Origin: Ascidiaceihabitans sp.
GTDB lineage: Bacteria; Pseudomonadota; Alphaproteobacteria; Rhodobacterales; Rhodobacteraceae
DNA: 34,621 nt
Reading direction: 5' to 3'
NCBI GenBank assembly: GCA_023301665.1
Contig: JALZUL010000197.1
Location: 1 to 34,621 of the forward strand
The position numbers and the translations under genes are program-made. Positions 1 to 7,858 of this stretch are shown here, in pieces (positions within the stretch are counted from its first letter, which is position 1; each line of letters starts with the position of its first letter). A model generated the notes under the pieces. It saw nothing but the letters and a program-made list of their open reading frames with translations. It made no database searches and was not told where the DNA came from.

Positions 1-2
1 AA

Positions 3-473
3 GACCTGCTTTTTCGCCTGAACACTTTGGTCATTGAACTCCCGAGCCTTTCTGCGCGCGGAGAAGACGTTCTATTGTTGACCCGCCATTACATGCAGCG
101 CCTCAGCCAGTTATATGATCTGCCAAAACCAACACTTTCCAACGACGATGTTGCCGCGCTCATGTCCCATGATTGGCCTGGAAATGTGCGCGAGCTGCAA
201 AGCGTGGCGGAGCGTTATGTTCTTGCTCAAAAGCGTGGTGGGGGATCGATCCGCCGATCCATCACCAAGCAACACACACAACAACCTTTTCCGACAACCC
301 TGCGTGAGGCTGTAGCTGTCTTTGAACGCGAAGTTATCGGACGGGCCCTTCAGGACGGTGAAGGGCGGATGGATGATGTAGCAGCCACGTTGGGAATTGG
401 TCGGCGTACTTTAAACGAAAAAATCGTCAAACTAGGCCTAGATAAGGATGCTATTTTGAGCAGTGATAGCTGA
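3..473 (+). CDS. DctD/NtrC-family AAA+ transcriptional regulator, C-terminal part (5' truncated by window edge)
   Basis: Frame is open from base 3 (DLLFRLNTLVIELPSL..R.ED). It contains HDWPGNVREL and a C-terminal Fis-type HTH (A..LGIGRRTLNEKI.KLG), and lies directly upstream of a TRAP transporter. Confidence 0.9.
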   Translation, partial: DLLFRLNTLVIELPSLSARGEDVLLLTRHYMQRLSQLYDLPKPTLSNDDVAALMSHDWPGNVRELQSVAERYVLAQKRGGGSIRRSITKQHTQQPFPTTLREAVAVFEREVIGRALQDGEGRMDDVAATLGIGRRTLNEKIVKLGLDKDAILSSDS

Positions 474-489
474 CTGCGGAAATCCGCAG
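474..489. promoter_or_regulatory. Palindromic operator CTGCGG-AAAT-CCGCAG, putative DctD-like binding site
   Basis: Perfect 6-bp inverted repeat between the regulator stop and the TAXI gene. It matches the core of the rhizobial DctD site as I recall it (TGTGCGGAAATCCGCACA). Confidence 0.6.
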
Positions 490-513
490 GCACCTTTTTG
501 TAACACCTGCGTT

Positions 514-541
514 TTGCCTCATACCCAAAGTTCGGTATATT
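514..541 (+). promoter_or_regulatory. Putative sigma70-type promoter of the TAXI-TRAP operon
   Basis: TTGCCT-N16-TATATT; RBS GGGAGG at 583-588. Confidence 0.4.
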
Positions 542-595
542 GCCCATTATTATCGCCATGCCAATCAATGGCTTTGGATTCTGGGAGGAATATCA

Positions 596-1588
596 ATGAA
601 ATTTTTAAAAACGCTCGCGTTGAGCGCAACACTTGCGACAACTGGTGCAGCATTTGCTGAAGGCGAAGACTATGTTTTGAGCACAGCCTCAACAGGTGGC
701 ACGTACCACCCTGTTGGTACTGCGATCTCGACACTGTCTAAAGTTAAGCTTCTGCCAAAGCAGAAATTCTCGCTTACAGCTGTGAACTCAGCAGGTTCTG
801 GCGCAAACGTTCAAGCCTTGTCAGCAGGCACTGCCGACTTCGCAATTTTGCAGGGCCTGTTTGGTTCATACGCGACTACGGGCACAGGCCCAGTGAGCGA
901 ACCACAAACAAACCTACGTTCTGTGACCATGCTATGGCAGAATGTTGAGCAGTTCGTAATCGCTGCAGAAATGGCGAAAACAGGTACTGTCGAAGATTTG
1001 ACAGCGCTTAAGGGTGAAACTGTTGGCATGGGCCGCCAGAACTCTGGCACAATCGGGTCTAACACTGTTCTGCTTTCCGGCCTTGGCCTTTCGCTAGAAG
1101 ACTTTGACCTGGTTGATGCAGGTTACGGCCCAACGGCTGATGCTTTGGCAAACGGTCAAGCCGTGGCAGCAGGTATCCCATCGGGCCCACCAACTGGTGC
1201 GATCACGAAATTGATGGCCTCAAACGAAGGTAAGTTCGAAATTCTAGACGTTACAGCTGACCAGCTGAGCGCTATGGATGGCGGCCGCAACCTTTGGGTA
1301 CCTTACACAATCTCTGCAGGTACATATCCGGGCCAAGCAGAAGATGTGAAGACAATTGCTCAGCCTAACTTCTTGGCTGTGAACGCAAGCGTTGATGCAG
1401 AGCATGTCTACCTTTTGACAAAGACTATGTATGAAAACTTGCCTTTCTTGCAAGCAATCCACCCAGCAACAAAAGCCATGGCAATTGAGCAAGCTATGGC
1501 CGGCCTTCCTGCCCCACTACACCCTGGTGCGGCTAAATATTACACCGAAGTTGGTCTGGAAATCCCAGCAAACTTGATCGCTGAATAA
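596..1588 (+). CDS. TAXI-family TRAP transporter solute-binding protein
   Basis: Signal peptide ending AFA; TASTGGTYHPVG and SAGSGANV motifs; C-terminal PLHPGAAKYY.E.G typical of TAXI receptors. Confidence 0.93.
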   Translation: MKFLKTLALSATLATTGAAFAEGEDYVLSTASTGGTYHPVGTAISTLSKVKLLPKQKFSLTAVNSAGSGANVQALSAGTADFAILQGLFGSYATTGTGPVSEPQTNLRSVTMLWQNVEQFVIAAEMAKTGTVEDLTALKGETVGMGRQNSGTIGSNTVLLSGLGLSLEDFDLVDAGYGPTADALANGQAVAAGIPSGPPTGAITKLMASNEGKFEILDVTADQLSAMDGGRNLWVPYTISAGTYPGQAEDVKTIAQPNFLAVNASVDAEHVYLLTKTMYENLPFLQAIHPATKAMAIEQAMAGLPAPLHPGAAKYYTEVGLEIPANLIAE

Positions 1589-1607
1589 GATCATAAAGAC
1601 AACTTTC

Positions 1608-1640
1608 AAAGGGCGTCTTCTGGGCGCCCTTTTCTTTTTC
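1608..1640 (+). terminator. Intra-operon hairpin/attenuating terminator after the binding-protein gene
   Basis: AAAGGGCGTC-ttct-GGGCGCCCTTT stem followed by a T-rich tract. Confidence 0.6.
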
Positions 1641-1653
1641 TGGGGGACACATC

Positions 1654-3834
1654 ATGACACAGGAAGCGGGCACCGTTGCACTGGCACGCGAAGACATTCT
1701 GTCTTTGCCAAAAGGCAAGTTCCAAGCGCCACACCTGATCTTAGTTTTTGCGCTATTTTTCGCGCTTTGGCACATCGCAACAAACGTCTATCTGACCGAG
1801 CCTGGCCTTTGGCAAAACGCAATCCACTTTGCTGGTTTTGGCTTTCTTGCTGCGGTAACGATAAGCCCATGGGGCGCACGTTCAAATCAACGGTGGGCGT
1901 GGATTGTAGATGTCACCTATGGCCTGGCAATTGCTGCTTCAGCTTTGTGGGTCGCCGGTGCTGAATCCGGGCTTTATGAGCGCTCTTTGGCCGTCACTGG
2001 TCAGGGATGGCAATTCACCCCAATCGATTGGATTGCGGGTCTAACCCTGATTTTTGCGTCTATCGATTTATCGCGCCGCGTTTCTGGGTGGGTTATCCCA
2101 ATCCTGATTATCTTGTCCCTGAGCTACATTATGTTCCTTGGATCCTGGCTGCCTGGTGTTTTCCGCGCCGCAAGCTTACCTGTGAACGACGTCTTGTTCC
2201 GTACACTTTACAACGACGAAGGTATGTTCGGTATTCTCGCGACCATTTCAGTGACTAACATTACCCTATTTATGATTTTTGGCGGTTTTCTTGTGGTCTC
2301 TGGTGCAAGCAACTTTGTGATCGAATTTTCCAAAATCATCGCTGGGCGCATTAAGGGCGGGGCTGCATTTGTGGCGGTCTTATCCTCTGCTTTGACAGGC
2401 ACCATCTCGGGTTCTGCAATTGCCAACACCGCTTCGACCGGTGTGATTACCATCCCTTTGATGAAGTCCAACGGTTTTCGCGCCAAATTCGCTGCTGGTG
2501 TAGAAGCCGCGTCCTCAACAGGCGGCCAGCTCATGCCACCCATCATGGGCGCCGGTGCCTTTGTAATGGCCAGCTACACTTCGATCCCCTACGGAACCAT
2601 TGTTGCGGTTTCAGTTGTGCCAGCCATTCTTTACTTCATGTCTGTCGCATTCATCGTGCGCATTGAAGCCGTCAAATACGATGCTGGTTCCGACATTGAC
2701 CTGACCGTCGACAAAGGCAAAATGCTATCTGGCGGTTTGGTCTTTATCTTGCCGCTAACGGTTATGATTTGGATGCTCCTTTCAGGTGTCACCCCATCGT
2801 TCGCGGCGTGCTGGGCTATTGTTGCTCTTATCGCCACATCATGGGCAACCAGCTTATTGGCGCGCTTCAGCAAGGATGGCACCTTTGCACCCGTCAATAT
2901 GGGGCCAGCCAAAATCGCTGAGGCTTTAGCAAGCGGTATCCGCTCTGCCATCATGACTGCGATTTTGCTCACAGCAATTGGCATTATGAACAACGCTATC
3001 GTCACCAGTGGTGTCGGCAACGGCTTTTCCTTGATGATCGCGCAGTGGTCTCAAGGTTCGCTGGTTTTAGCAATCGCCTTGATCGCCATTGCATCGCTCG
3101 TTCTTGGCATGGGCTTGCCTGTTACGGCCGCCTACATCATCTTAGCCATTCTGACGGCCCCAGCTTTGGCAGGCCTTATGTCAGACGGCTTGATCGTAGA
3201 ACAATTGATCACAGGGATTGCAGATCCATCACAATCCGCGCTGTTCTTTTTGGTTGATCATCCTCTTGTAGCTCAGGTCGCTACAGGAATGACAAGAGCA
3301 GAGGCCTGGGAGTTGGTCCGCAATATCCCGTTTGAAATCGCTGTCACCATTCGTCCAGTAATGGTTGATCCGGCAATGCAAATTACCTTTTTGCTCACCG
3401 CGCATCTGATCATTTTCTGGTTGTCACAAGATTCCAACGTGACACCACCGGTTTGCTTGGCCGCTTTTGTCGCTGCGGGAATCGCGGGATCAAAGCCAAT
3501 GGCGACTGGGTTTGAGAGCTGGAAGATCGCCAAAGGGCTCTACATCGTTCCATTGTTGTTCGCATACACGCCACTGATTTCAGGTGAATTCATCGAAGTG
3601 ATACAAATCGGCTTTTTCGCTTTATTCGGTATCTATGCGACGAATGCGATGATCCAATGGTATGCTGAGGGACCAATCGGGTTTGTCACTGCACCGATGC
3701 TGATTATCGGCGCAATAGGGGCTTACTGGCCGCTTGCATTACTGCAAAATGTTGTTGGTGCTGTTTTGGTTTTAGCCGCGATCATCATCTCTTCGCGGCG
3801 TCGCAAACAGGCTGAAAATCCAGCTTTAGTCTGA
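1654..3834 (+). CDS. TRAP transporter fused permease (4TM/12TM, TAXI type)
   Basis: 726 aa and highly hydrophobic; motifs GTISGSAIAN, EAASSTGGQLMPPIMGAGAFVMA, LGMGLPVTAAY, TPPVCLAAF. Confidence 0.93.
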   Translation: MTQEAGTVALAREDILSLPKGKFQAPHLILVFALFFALWHIATNVYLTEPGLWQNAIHFAGFGFLAAVTISPWGARSNQRWAWIVDVTYGLAIAASALWVAGAESGLYERSLAVTGQGWQFTPIDWIAGLTLIFASIDLSRRVSGWVIPILIILSLSYIMFLGSWLPGVFRAASLPVNDVLFRTLYNDEGMFGILATISVTNITLFMIFGGFLVVSGASNFVIEFSKIIAGRIKGGAAFVAVLSSALTGTISGSAIANTASTGVITIPLMKSNGFRAKFAAGVEAASSTGGQLMPPIMGAGAFVMASYTSIPYGTIVAVSVVPAILYFMSVAFIVRIEAVKYDAGSDIDLTVDKGKMLSGGLVFILPLTVMIWMLLSGVTPSFAACWAIVALIATSWATSLLARFSKDGTFAPVNMGPAKIAEALASGIRSAIMTAILLTAIGIMNNAIVTSGVGNGFSLMIAQWSQGSLVLAIALIAIASLVLGMGLPVTAAYIILAILTAPALAGLMSDGLIVEQLITGIADPSQSALFFLVDHPLVAQVATGMTRAEAWELVRNIPFEIAVTIRPVMVDPAMQITFLLTAHLIIFWLSQDSNVTPPVCLAAFVAAGIAGSKPMATGFESWKIAKGLYIVPLLFAYTPLISGEFIEVIQIGFFALFGIYATNAMIQWYAEGPIGFVTAPMLIIGAIGAYWPLALLQNVVGAVLVLAAIIISSRRRKQAENPALV

Positions 3835-3846
3835 TCCCCAATGAAG

Positions 3847-3886
3847 CACCGCAGCGCTTGGTTTGATTAAACACAGCGCTGCGGTG
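3847..3886. terminator. Inverted repeat, probable terminator of the TRAP operon
   Basis: CACCGCAGCGCT...AGCGCTGCGGTG, perfect 12-bp arms just after the stop codon. There is no strong U tract. Confidence 0.6.
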
Positions 3887-3990
3887 AAACAAAGAATGAC
3901 CCAATGGCAAATAACACGCTTGGTCAGCCAAAAACTGCTTGATCGAAAGCCGCGCTTTTCCAACGTTAAAAGCCGCGCTATAGCAGTTTC

Positions 3991-4605
3991 ATGACAAATC
4001 ATCTTTACAGTGGCGATCTCCCTGATGGCCTAGATCTTGGCCCGGAAGTTGCCATCGATTGCGAAACCATGGGGCTACACCCCCTTCGCGATCGGTTGTG
4101 CGTTGTACAATTGTCTAACGGAGATGGTCACGCGCACATAATCCAAATTAAAAAGGGGCAGAGCGAAGCCCCAAATCTTTGCGCAATGCTTGAGAACCCG
4201 AATGTATTGAAGTTGTTTCATTTTGGGCGTTTCGACATTGCTGCCATGCAAAACGCATTCGGTGCTGTCACAGCGCCCGTATATTGCACCAAAATCGCCA
4301 GCCGATTGGTTCGTACATATACGGATCGACATGGGTTAAAGAACTTACTCCGCGAGCTGCTCAACGTTGATATTTCAAAGCATCAACAATCAAGCGACTG
4401 GGGCGCACCTAAGCTGAGTGACGCACAGCTTGATTATGCGGCCTCTGATGTCTTGTATCTACATCGCTTGCGCGAGGCACTGAATAAAAGGCTCATCCGT
4501 GAGGATCGGATGGAGGTGGCGCAAGCCTGTTTTGATTTCTTGCCAATGCGTGCGAACTTGGATTTGATCGGTTGGCCAGACACCGACATTTTCGCACATT
4601 CATGA
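3991..4605 (+). CDS. rnd: Ribonuclease D (short DEDDy 3'-5' exonuclease)
   Basis: AIDCETMGL...DRLCVVQL, FHFGRFD, SDWG...LS..QLDYAASDV.YL motifs; typical position upstream of lpt genes. Confidence 0.9.
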   Translation: MTNHLYSGDLPDGLDLGPEVAIDCETMGLHPLRDRLCVVQLSNGDGHAHIIQIKKGQSEAPNLCAMLENPNVLKLFHFGRFDIAAMQNAFGAVTAPVYCTKIASRLVRTYTDRHGLKNLLRELLNVDISKHQQSSDWGAPKLSDAQLDYAASDVLYLHRLREALNKRLIREDRMEVAQACFDFLPMRANLDLIGWPDTDIFAHS

Positions 4606-4667
4606 CTTACGTTGGACCAGCCCACGGCCTGTTTTATGCATGCTGCTTTGATGTAGGGACCCTATAA
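4602..4667 (+). pseudogene. 21-codon mini-ORF, possible internally deleted remnant of kdsD/kpsF
   Basis: ATG overlaps the rnd stop (ATGA) and TAA ends 1 nt before the lptC GTG. The peptide MTYVGPAHGLFYACCFDVGTL loosely resembles the KdsD C-terminus (GLLHIHDCLRxG). It occupies the usual kdsD slot. Confidence 0.35.
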
Positions 4668-4668
4668 A

Positions 4669-5262
4669 GTGGATCGCTATTCCCGCATGGTGGCTTGGCT
4701 AAAGGTTCTGTTGCCTTTGATGGCTCTGGTCTTGCTGTCCACATTATTTTTGTTGTCACGCACCGTCGATCCAACTGCGTCGATTCCCTTTGCCGAGGCG
4801 GAAATTCAAGAGCGGGTGCGCGATCAACAGATAACTGGTCCATTCTTTTCCGGCTCCACGCCAAGCGGGGATCAAATATCATTCTCTGCCGGGAAAATGA
4901 GCACTGACCCTAACAATGGATCAACCATCGCAAACGATCTTTCTGCACAAATCGATTTGGCATCCGGATCTCGGATCGTATTTTTCGCAGACGTCGGCTC
5001 GATCGATATTGGATCCGATACATCGGTTTTGTCCGGCAATGTCTTAATCACCACATCAAACGGATACCGTGTAAACTCTGACCGATTGGTTTCCGCGATG
5101 ACATCATTAGACATCGAATCTCCAGAAACTGTTACGGCAGTAGGCCCGATTGGGAACCTTACAGCTGGTTCAATGAAAATTACGACCGTCGAAAATACCA
5201 AAAACACCCATTTGATTTTCAAAAATGGAGTGAACCTGATATACGACCCCAAAATTAAGTGA
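4669..5262 (+). CDS. lptC: LPS export ABC transporter periplasmic protein LptC
   Basis: Single N-terminal TM (YSRMVAWLKVLLPL..L.LLSTLFL) then a beta-rich domain; upstream of lptA/lptB. Confidence 0.85.
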   Translation: MDRYSRMVAWLKVLLPLMALVLLSTLFLLSRTVDPTASIPFAEAEIQERVRDQQITGPFFSGSTPSGDQISFSAGKMSTDPNNGSTIANDLSAQIDLASGSRIVFFADVGSIDIGSDTSVLSGNVLITTSNGYRVNSDRLVSAMTSLDIESPETVTAVGPIGNLTAGSMKITTVENTKNTHLIFKNGVNLIYDPKIK

Positions 5263-5272
5263 GAAATACCAC

Positions 5273-5761
5273 GTGACTGTTTTACGCCCTTTGATATTTT
5301 GCCTGACTTTTTTGTTGGTGGCACCTGCTTTTTCACAAGGCACCAACGTAGCTTTTGGTACGATCAGACAAGACACGACTGCCCCTGTTGAGGTAACCGC
5401 CGACAATCTGTCTGTCGATCAAGCGACCGGAAAAGCTGTCTTTGAGGGGAATGTCGTAATCGGTCAAGGCGAGCTGAGATTGTCTGCTCAAAATGTGGAA
5501 GTCACTTACCGCTCAAGCAGTGCAGGCATAGCCAATTTAGTCGCAACTGGCGGCGTTACTTTGGTCTCTGGGCAGGATGCGGCTGAGGCTGCACGTGCGG
5601 TTTACGATATCGATTCGGGTACAATCGTAATGACGGGGAATGTTCTACTGACCCAAGGCCCAAGCGCTTTGACTGCTGAATCGATGACCGTTGACCTAAA
5701 AGACGGAACTGCGCGCATGTCTGGGCGCGTTAAGACGATTTTGCAAACAGGCGGCAATTGA
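5273..5761 (+). CDS. lptA: LPS transport periplasmic protein LptA
   Basis: Signal peptide; OstA-like repeats (PVEVTADNL, AVFEGNVVIGQG, MTGNVLLTQG, GRVKTIL). Confidence 0.9.
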   Translation: MTVLRPLIFCLTFLLVAPAFSQGTNVAFGTIRQDTTAPVEVTADNLSVDQATGKAVFEGNVVIGQGELRLSAQNVEVTYRSSSAGIANLVATGGVTLVSGQDAAEAARAVYDIDSGTIVMTGNVLLTQGPSALTAESMTVDLKDGTARMSGRVKTILQTGGN

Positions 5762-6519
5762 TGACAAAGCCTGAGCTAAAAGTGGCGGAAGGTCACGCCG
5801 GTCTACATATCGAGAACCTACGAAAGTCTTACCGCAAAAAGGTCGTGATCCGAGACTTTTCGATGCATCTTAATCGTGGTGAGGTCGTGGCACTTCTTGG
5901 GCCCAACGGCTCAGGCAAGACGACAACCTTTTATTCCGTAGCCGGTTTGGTGACGCCTGAAGGCGGCAAAGTCATGGTGGACGGGCACGACGTAACAACG
6001 TTACCAATGTATCGCCGCGCGCAACTTGGGATTGGATACCTTCCTCAAGAGATGAGTATCTTTCGAGGGCTCAGCGTACAGGATAATATCAGTGCAGTTT
6101 TAGACATAACTGTCTCAAATCGTAAAAAGCGGCGTGAACGGCTTGAAGAATTATTAGGTGAATTTTCTATCGAGCACCTTCGCCGTGCGCCAGCTTTGGC
6201 CCTTTCTGGAGGTGAGCGGCGCCGCGTCGAGATTGCACGGTGTTTAGCCGCAAACCCGAAATATCTTTTGCTTGATGAACCTTTTGCAGGGGTCGATCCT
6301 ATATCAGTTGGTGACATTCGAAACTTGGTTTCAGACCTAAAAAAACGCGGGATTGGCGTACTGATAACAGACCATAACGTACGGGAAACATTAGATATTG
6401 TTGACCGCGCATATATTTTGCACAATGGTAAAGTCTTGATGTCAGGCACGCCAGATGATGTCGTTGAAAACGAAAATGTACGTCGCGTTTACCTAGGTGA
6501 GAACTTTCGCATTTCTTAA
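5761..6519 (+). CDS. lptB: LPS export ABC transporter ATP-binding protein LptB
   Basis: GPNGSGKTT, GYLPQE.SIF, LSGGERRRVEIAR, DEPFAGVDP, ITDHNVRETL. The ATG overlaps the lptA TGA. Confidence 0.97.
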   Translation: MTKPELKVAEGHAGLHIENLRKSYRKKVVIRDFSMHLNRGEVVALLGPNGSGKTTTFYSVAGLVTPEGGKVMVDGHDVTTLPMYRRAQLGIGYLPQEMSIFRGLSVQDNISAVLDITVSNRKKRRERLEELLGEFSIEHLRRAPALALSGGERRRVEIARCLAANPKYLLLDEPFAGVDPISVGDIRNLVSDLKKRGIGVLITDHNVRETLDIVDRAYILHNGKVLMSGTPDDVVENENVRRVYLGENFRIS

Positions 6520-6766
6520 GCATCTTTCTAAAACCTGTCCTAAGTTTCAGTAACAAATGATTGCTTTCCATTGACATGTAGCCCCGTTCTGAGGCTCAAT
6601 AAGGTCATGGCAATAACGTTGATACCATCTGATCGACTAAACCCTCGACCGTTTCGGTCGATGCGTCGCCCAGCAGCGTCCTTGCTATTTCCGAGAAAAA
6701 ATTAGTCGTTTTCGCGCCTTTCAGGCCCTTAAACCATTAATTTTTCGTTCATTTGAAGGAGACAGA

Positions 6767-7333
6767 ATGCGGTATCAAATCAGCGGAAAACAAATCGATA
6801 TTGGCTCATCACTACAAACCCATGTAAAAACGGAACTGGACGAAGTCGTCCAAAAGTATGCAGAACGACCGACCGACGCACTTGTCGTATTTTCGAAATC
6901 AGCACATGAATTTGCCTGCGAGGCCACGGTGCATTTATCGACGGGCCTTACAGCCACTGCAAAAGCGAAAGCCACTGAGATTTACGCTGCATTCGACTCT
7001 GCCAACGCCAAAATGGAAAAGCAATTGAGGCGTTACAAGCGAAGGTTGAAAGATCACCACAAAGACCGTGTTGAACCGGTTGAACTTTTTGGCGGTTCCT
7101 CTTATATCCTCGCATCAGAAGGCACTGGCACCGAAGATCCGGAACCAGAAACGCTACAGCCGATCATCGTTGCGGAAATGGAAGCTAAGATTCCATCTCT
7201 CTCTGTTGGTGAAGCGGTTATGCAGATGGAATTGGCGGGTGACCCAGTGTTGGTGTTCCGCAACGAAAATAAAGATGGGGTAAACGTGGTGTATCGTCGG
7301 GATGACGGTAACATCGGTTGGATTGACCCTTAA
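6767..7333 (+). CDS. hpf: Ribosome hibernation promoting factor (long HPF/RaiA family)
   Basis: N-terminal S30AE domain (YAAFD....KMEKQLRRYKRRLKDH) and C-terminal EAVMQMEL...VVYRRDDGNIGWIDP; RBS AAGGAG. Confidence 0.93.
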   Translation: MRYQISGKQIDIGSSLQTHVKTELDEVVQKYAERPTDALVVFSKSAHEFACEATVHLSTGLTATAKAKATEIYAAFDSANAKMEKQLRRYKRRLKDHHKDRVEPVELFGGSSYILASEGTGTEDPEPETLQPIIVAEMEAKIPSLSVGEAVMQMELAGDPVLVFRNENKDGVNVVYRRDDGNIGWIDP

Positions 7334-7377
7334 ATTGAAAATGGCGGATATCACGCCACAAAAAAAGTGCGAGCAGA

Positions 7378-7842
7378 ATGGATTTTGCAAAACTTCTCAA
7401 GCCGGAGGCTGTCAAAGTGTTGACTTCGGCTTCCAGCAAGAAACGTTTACTGCATGCTATCAGTGAACTGGTGAGCGGGGCTTATGGCCTCGACACTGGG
7501 CATGTAATCGAATCCCTTACTGCTCGCGAAGCGCTAGGGCCCACAGGCGTGGGCCACGGCGTGGCTTTGCCACATGCACGTATCGCAGGTTTAGATCACG
7601 TAGTCGGCGCATTTGTTTTGCTAGACCGGCCAGTGGATTTTGACGCTGTTGATCGCCAACCTATTGATATTGCGTTTGGCTTGTTCGCGCCTGAAAATGC
7701 GGGCGTCGAGCACCTAAAAGCGCTCGCATTGGTATCGCGGACCCTTCGCGACTCAGCAATCCGCGCGAAACTGCGCGCTAACCCAGACCCTGCAACGCTC
7801 TATGCGATTCTTGCTGAAACACAAAACAGCCAAGCGGCCTAA
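7378..7842 (+). CDS. ptsN: PTS IIA-Ntr nitrogen regulatory protein
   Basis: REALGPTGVGHGVALPHAR phospho-His motif, DFDAVDRQPID, HLKALA; follows hpf. Confidence 0.92.
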   Translation: MDFAKLLKPEAVKVLTSASSKKRLLHAISELVSGAYGLDTGHVIESLTAREALGPTGVGHGVALPHARIAGLDHVVGAFVLLDRPVDFDAVDRQPIDIAFGLFAPENAGVEHLKALALVSRTLRDSAIRAKLRANPDPATLYAILAETQNSQAA

Positions 7843-7858
7843 AGCGTCGACGCTTTAG
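7839..7858. terminator. Perfect 20-bp palindrome spanning two convergent stop codons
   Basis: CTAAAGCGTCGACGCTTTAG is its own reverse complement and includes the TAA stops of ptsN and the sulfotransferase. Confidence 0.5.

Noticed and set aside
488-502. AGGCAC...TTGT as a sigma54 -24/-12 promoter
   Set aside because: GG-N10 is followed by TA rather than GC, and the element overlaps the putative activator site.
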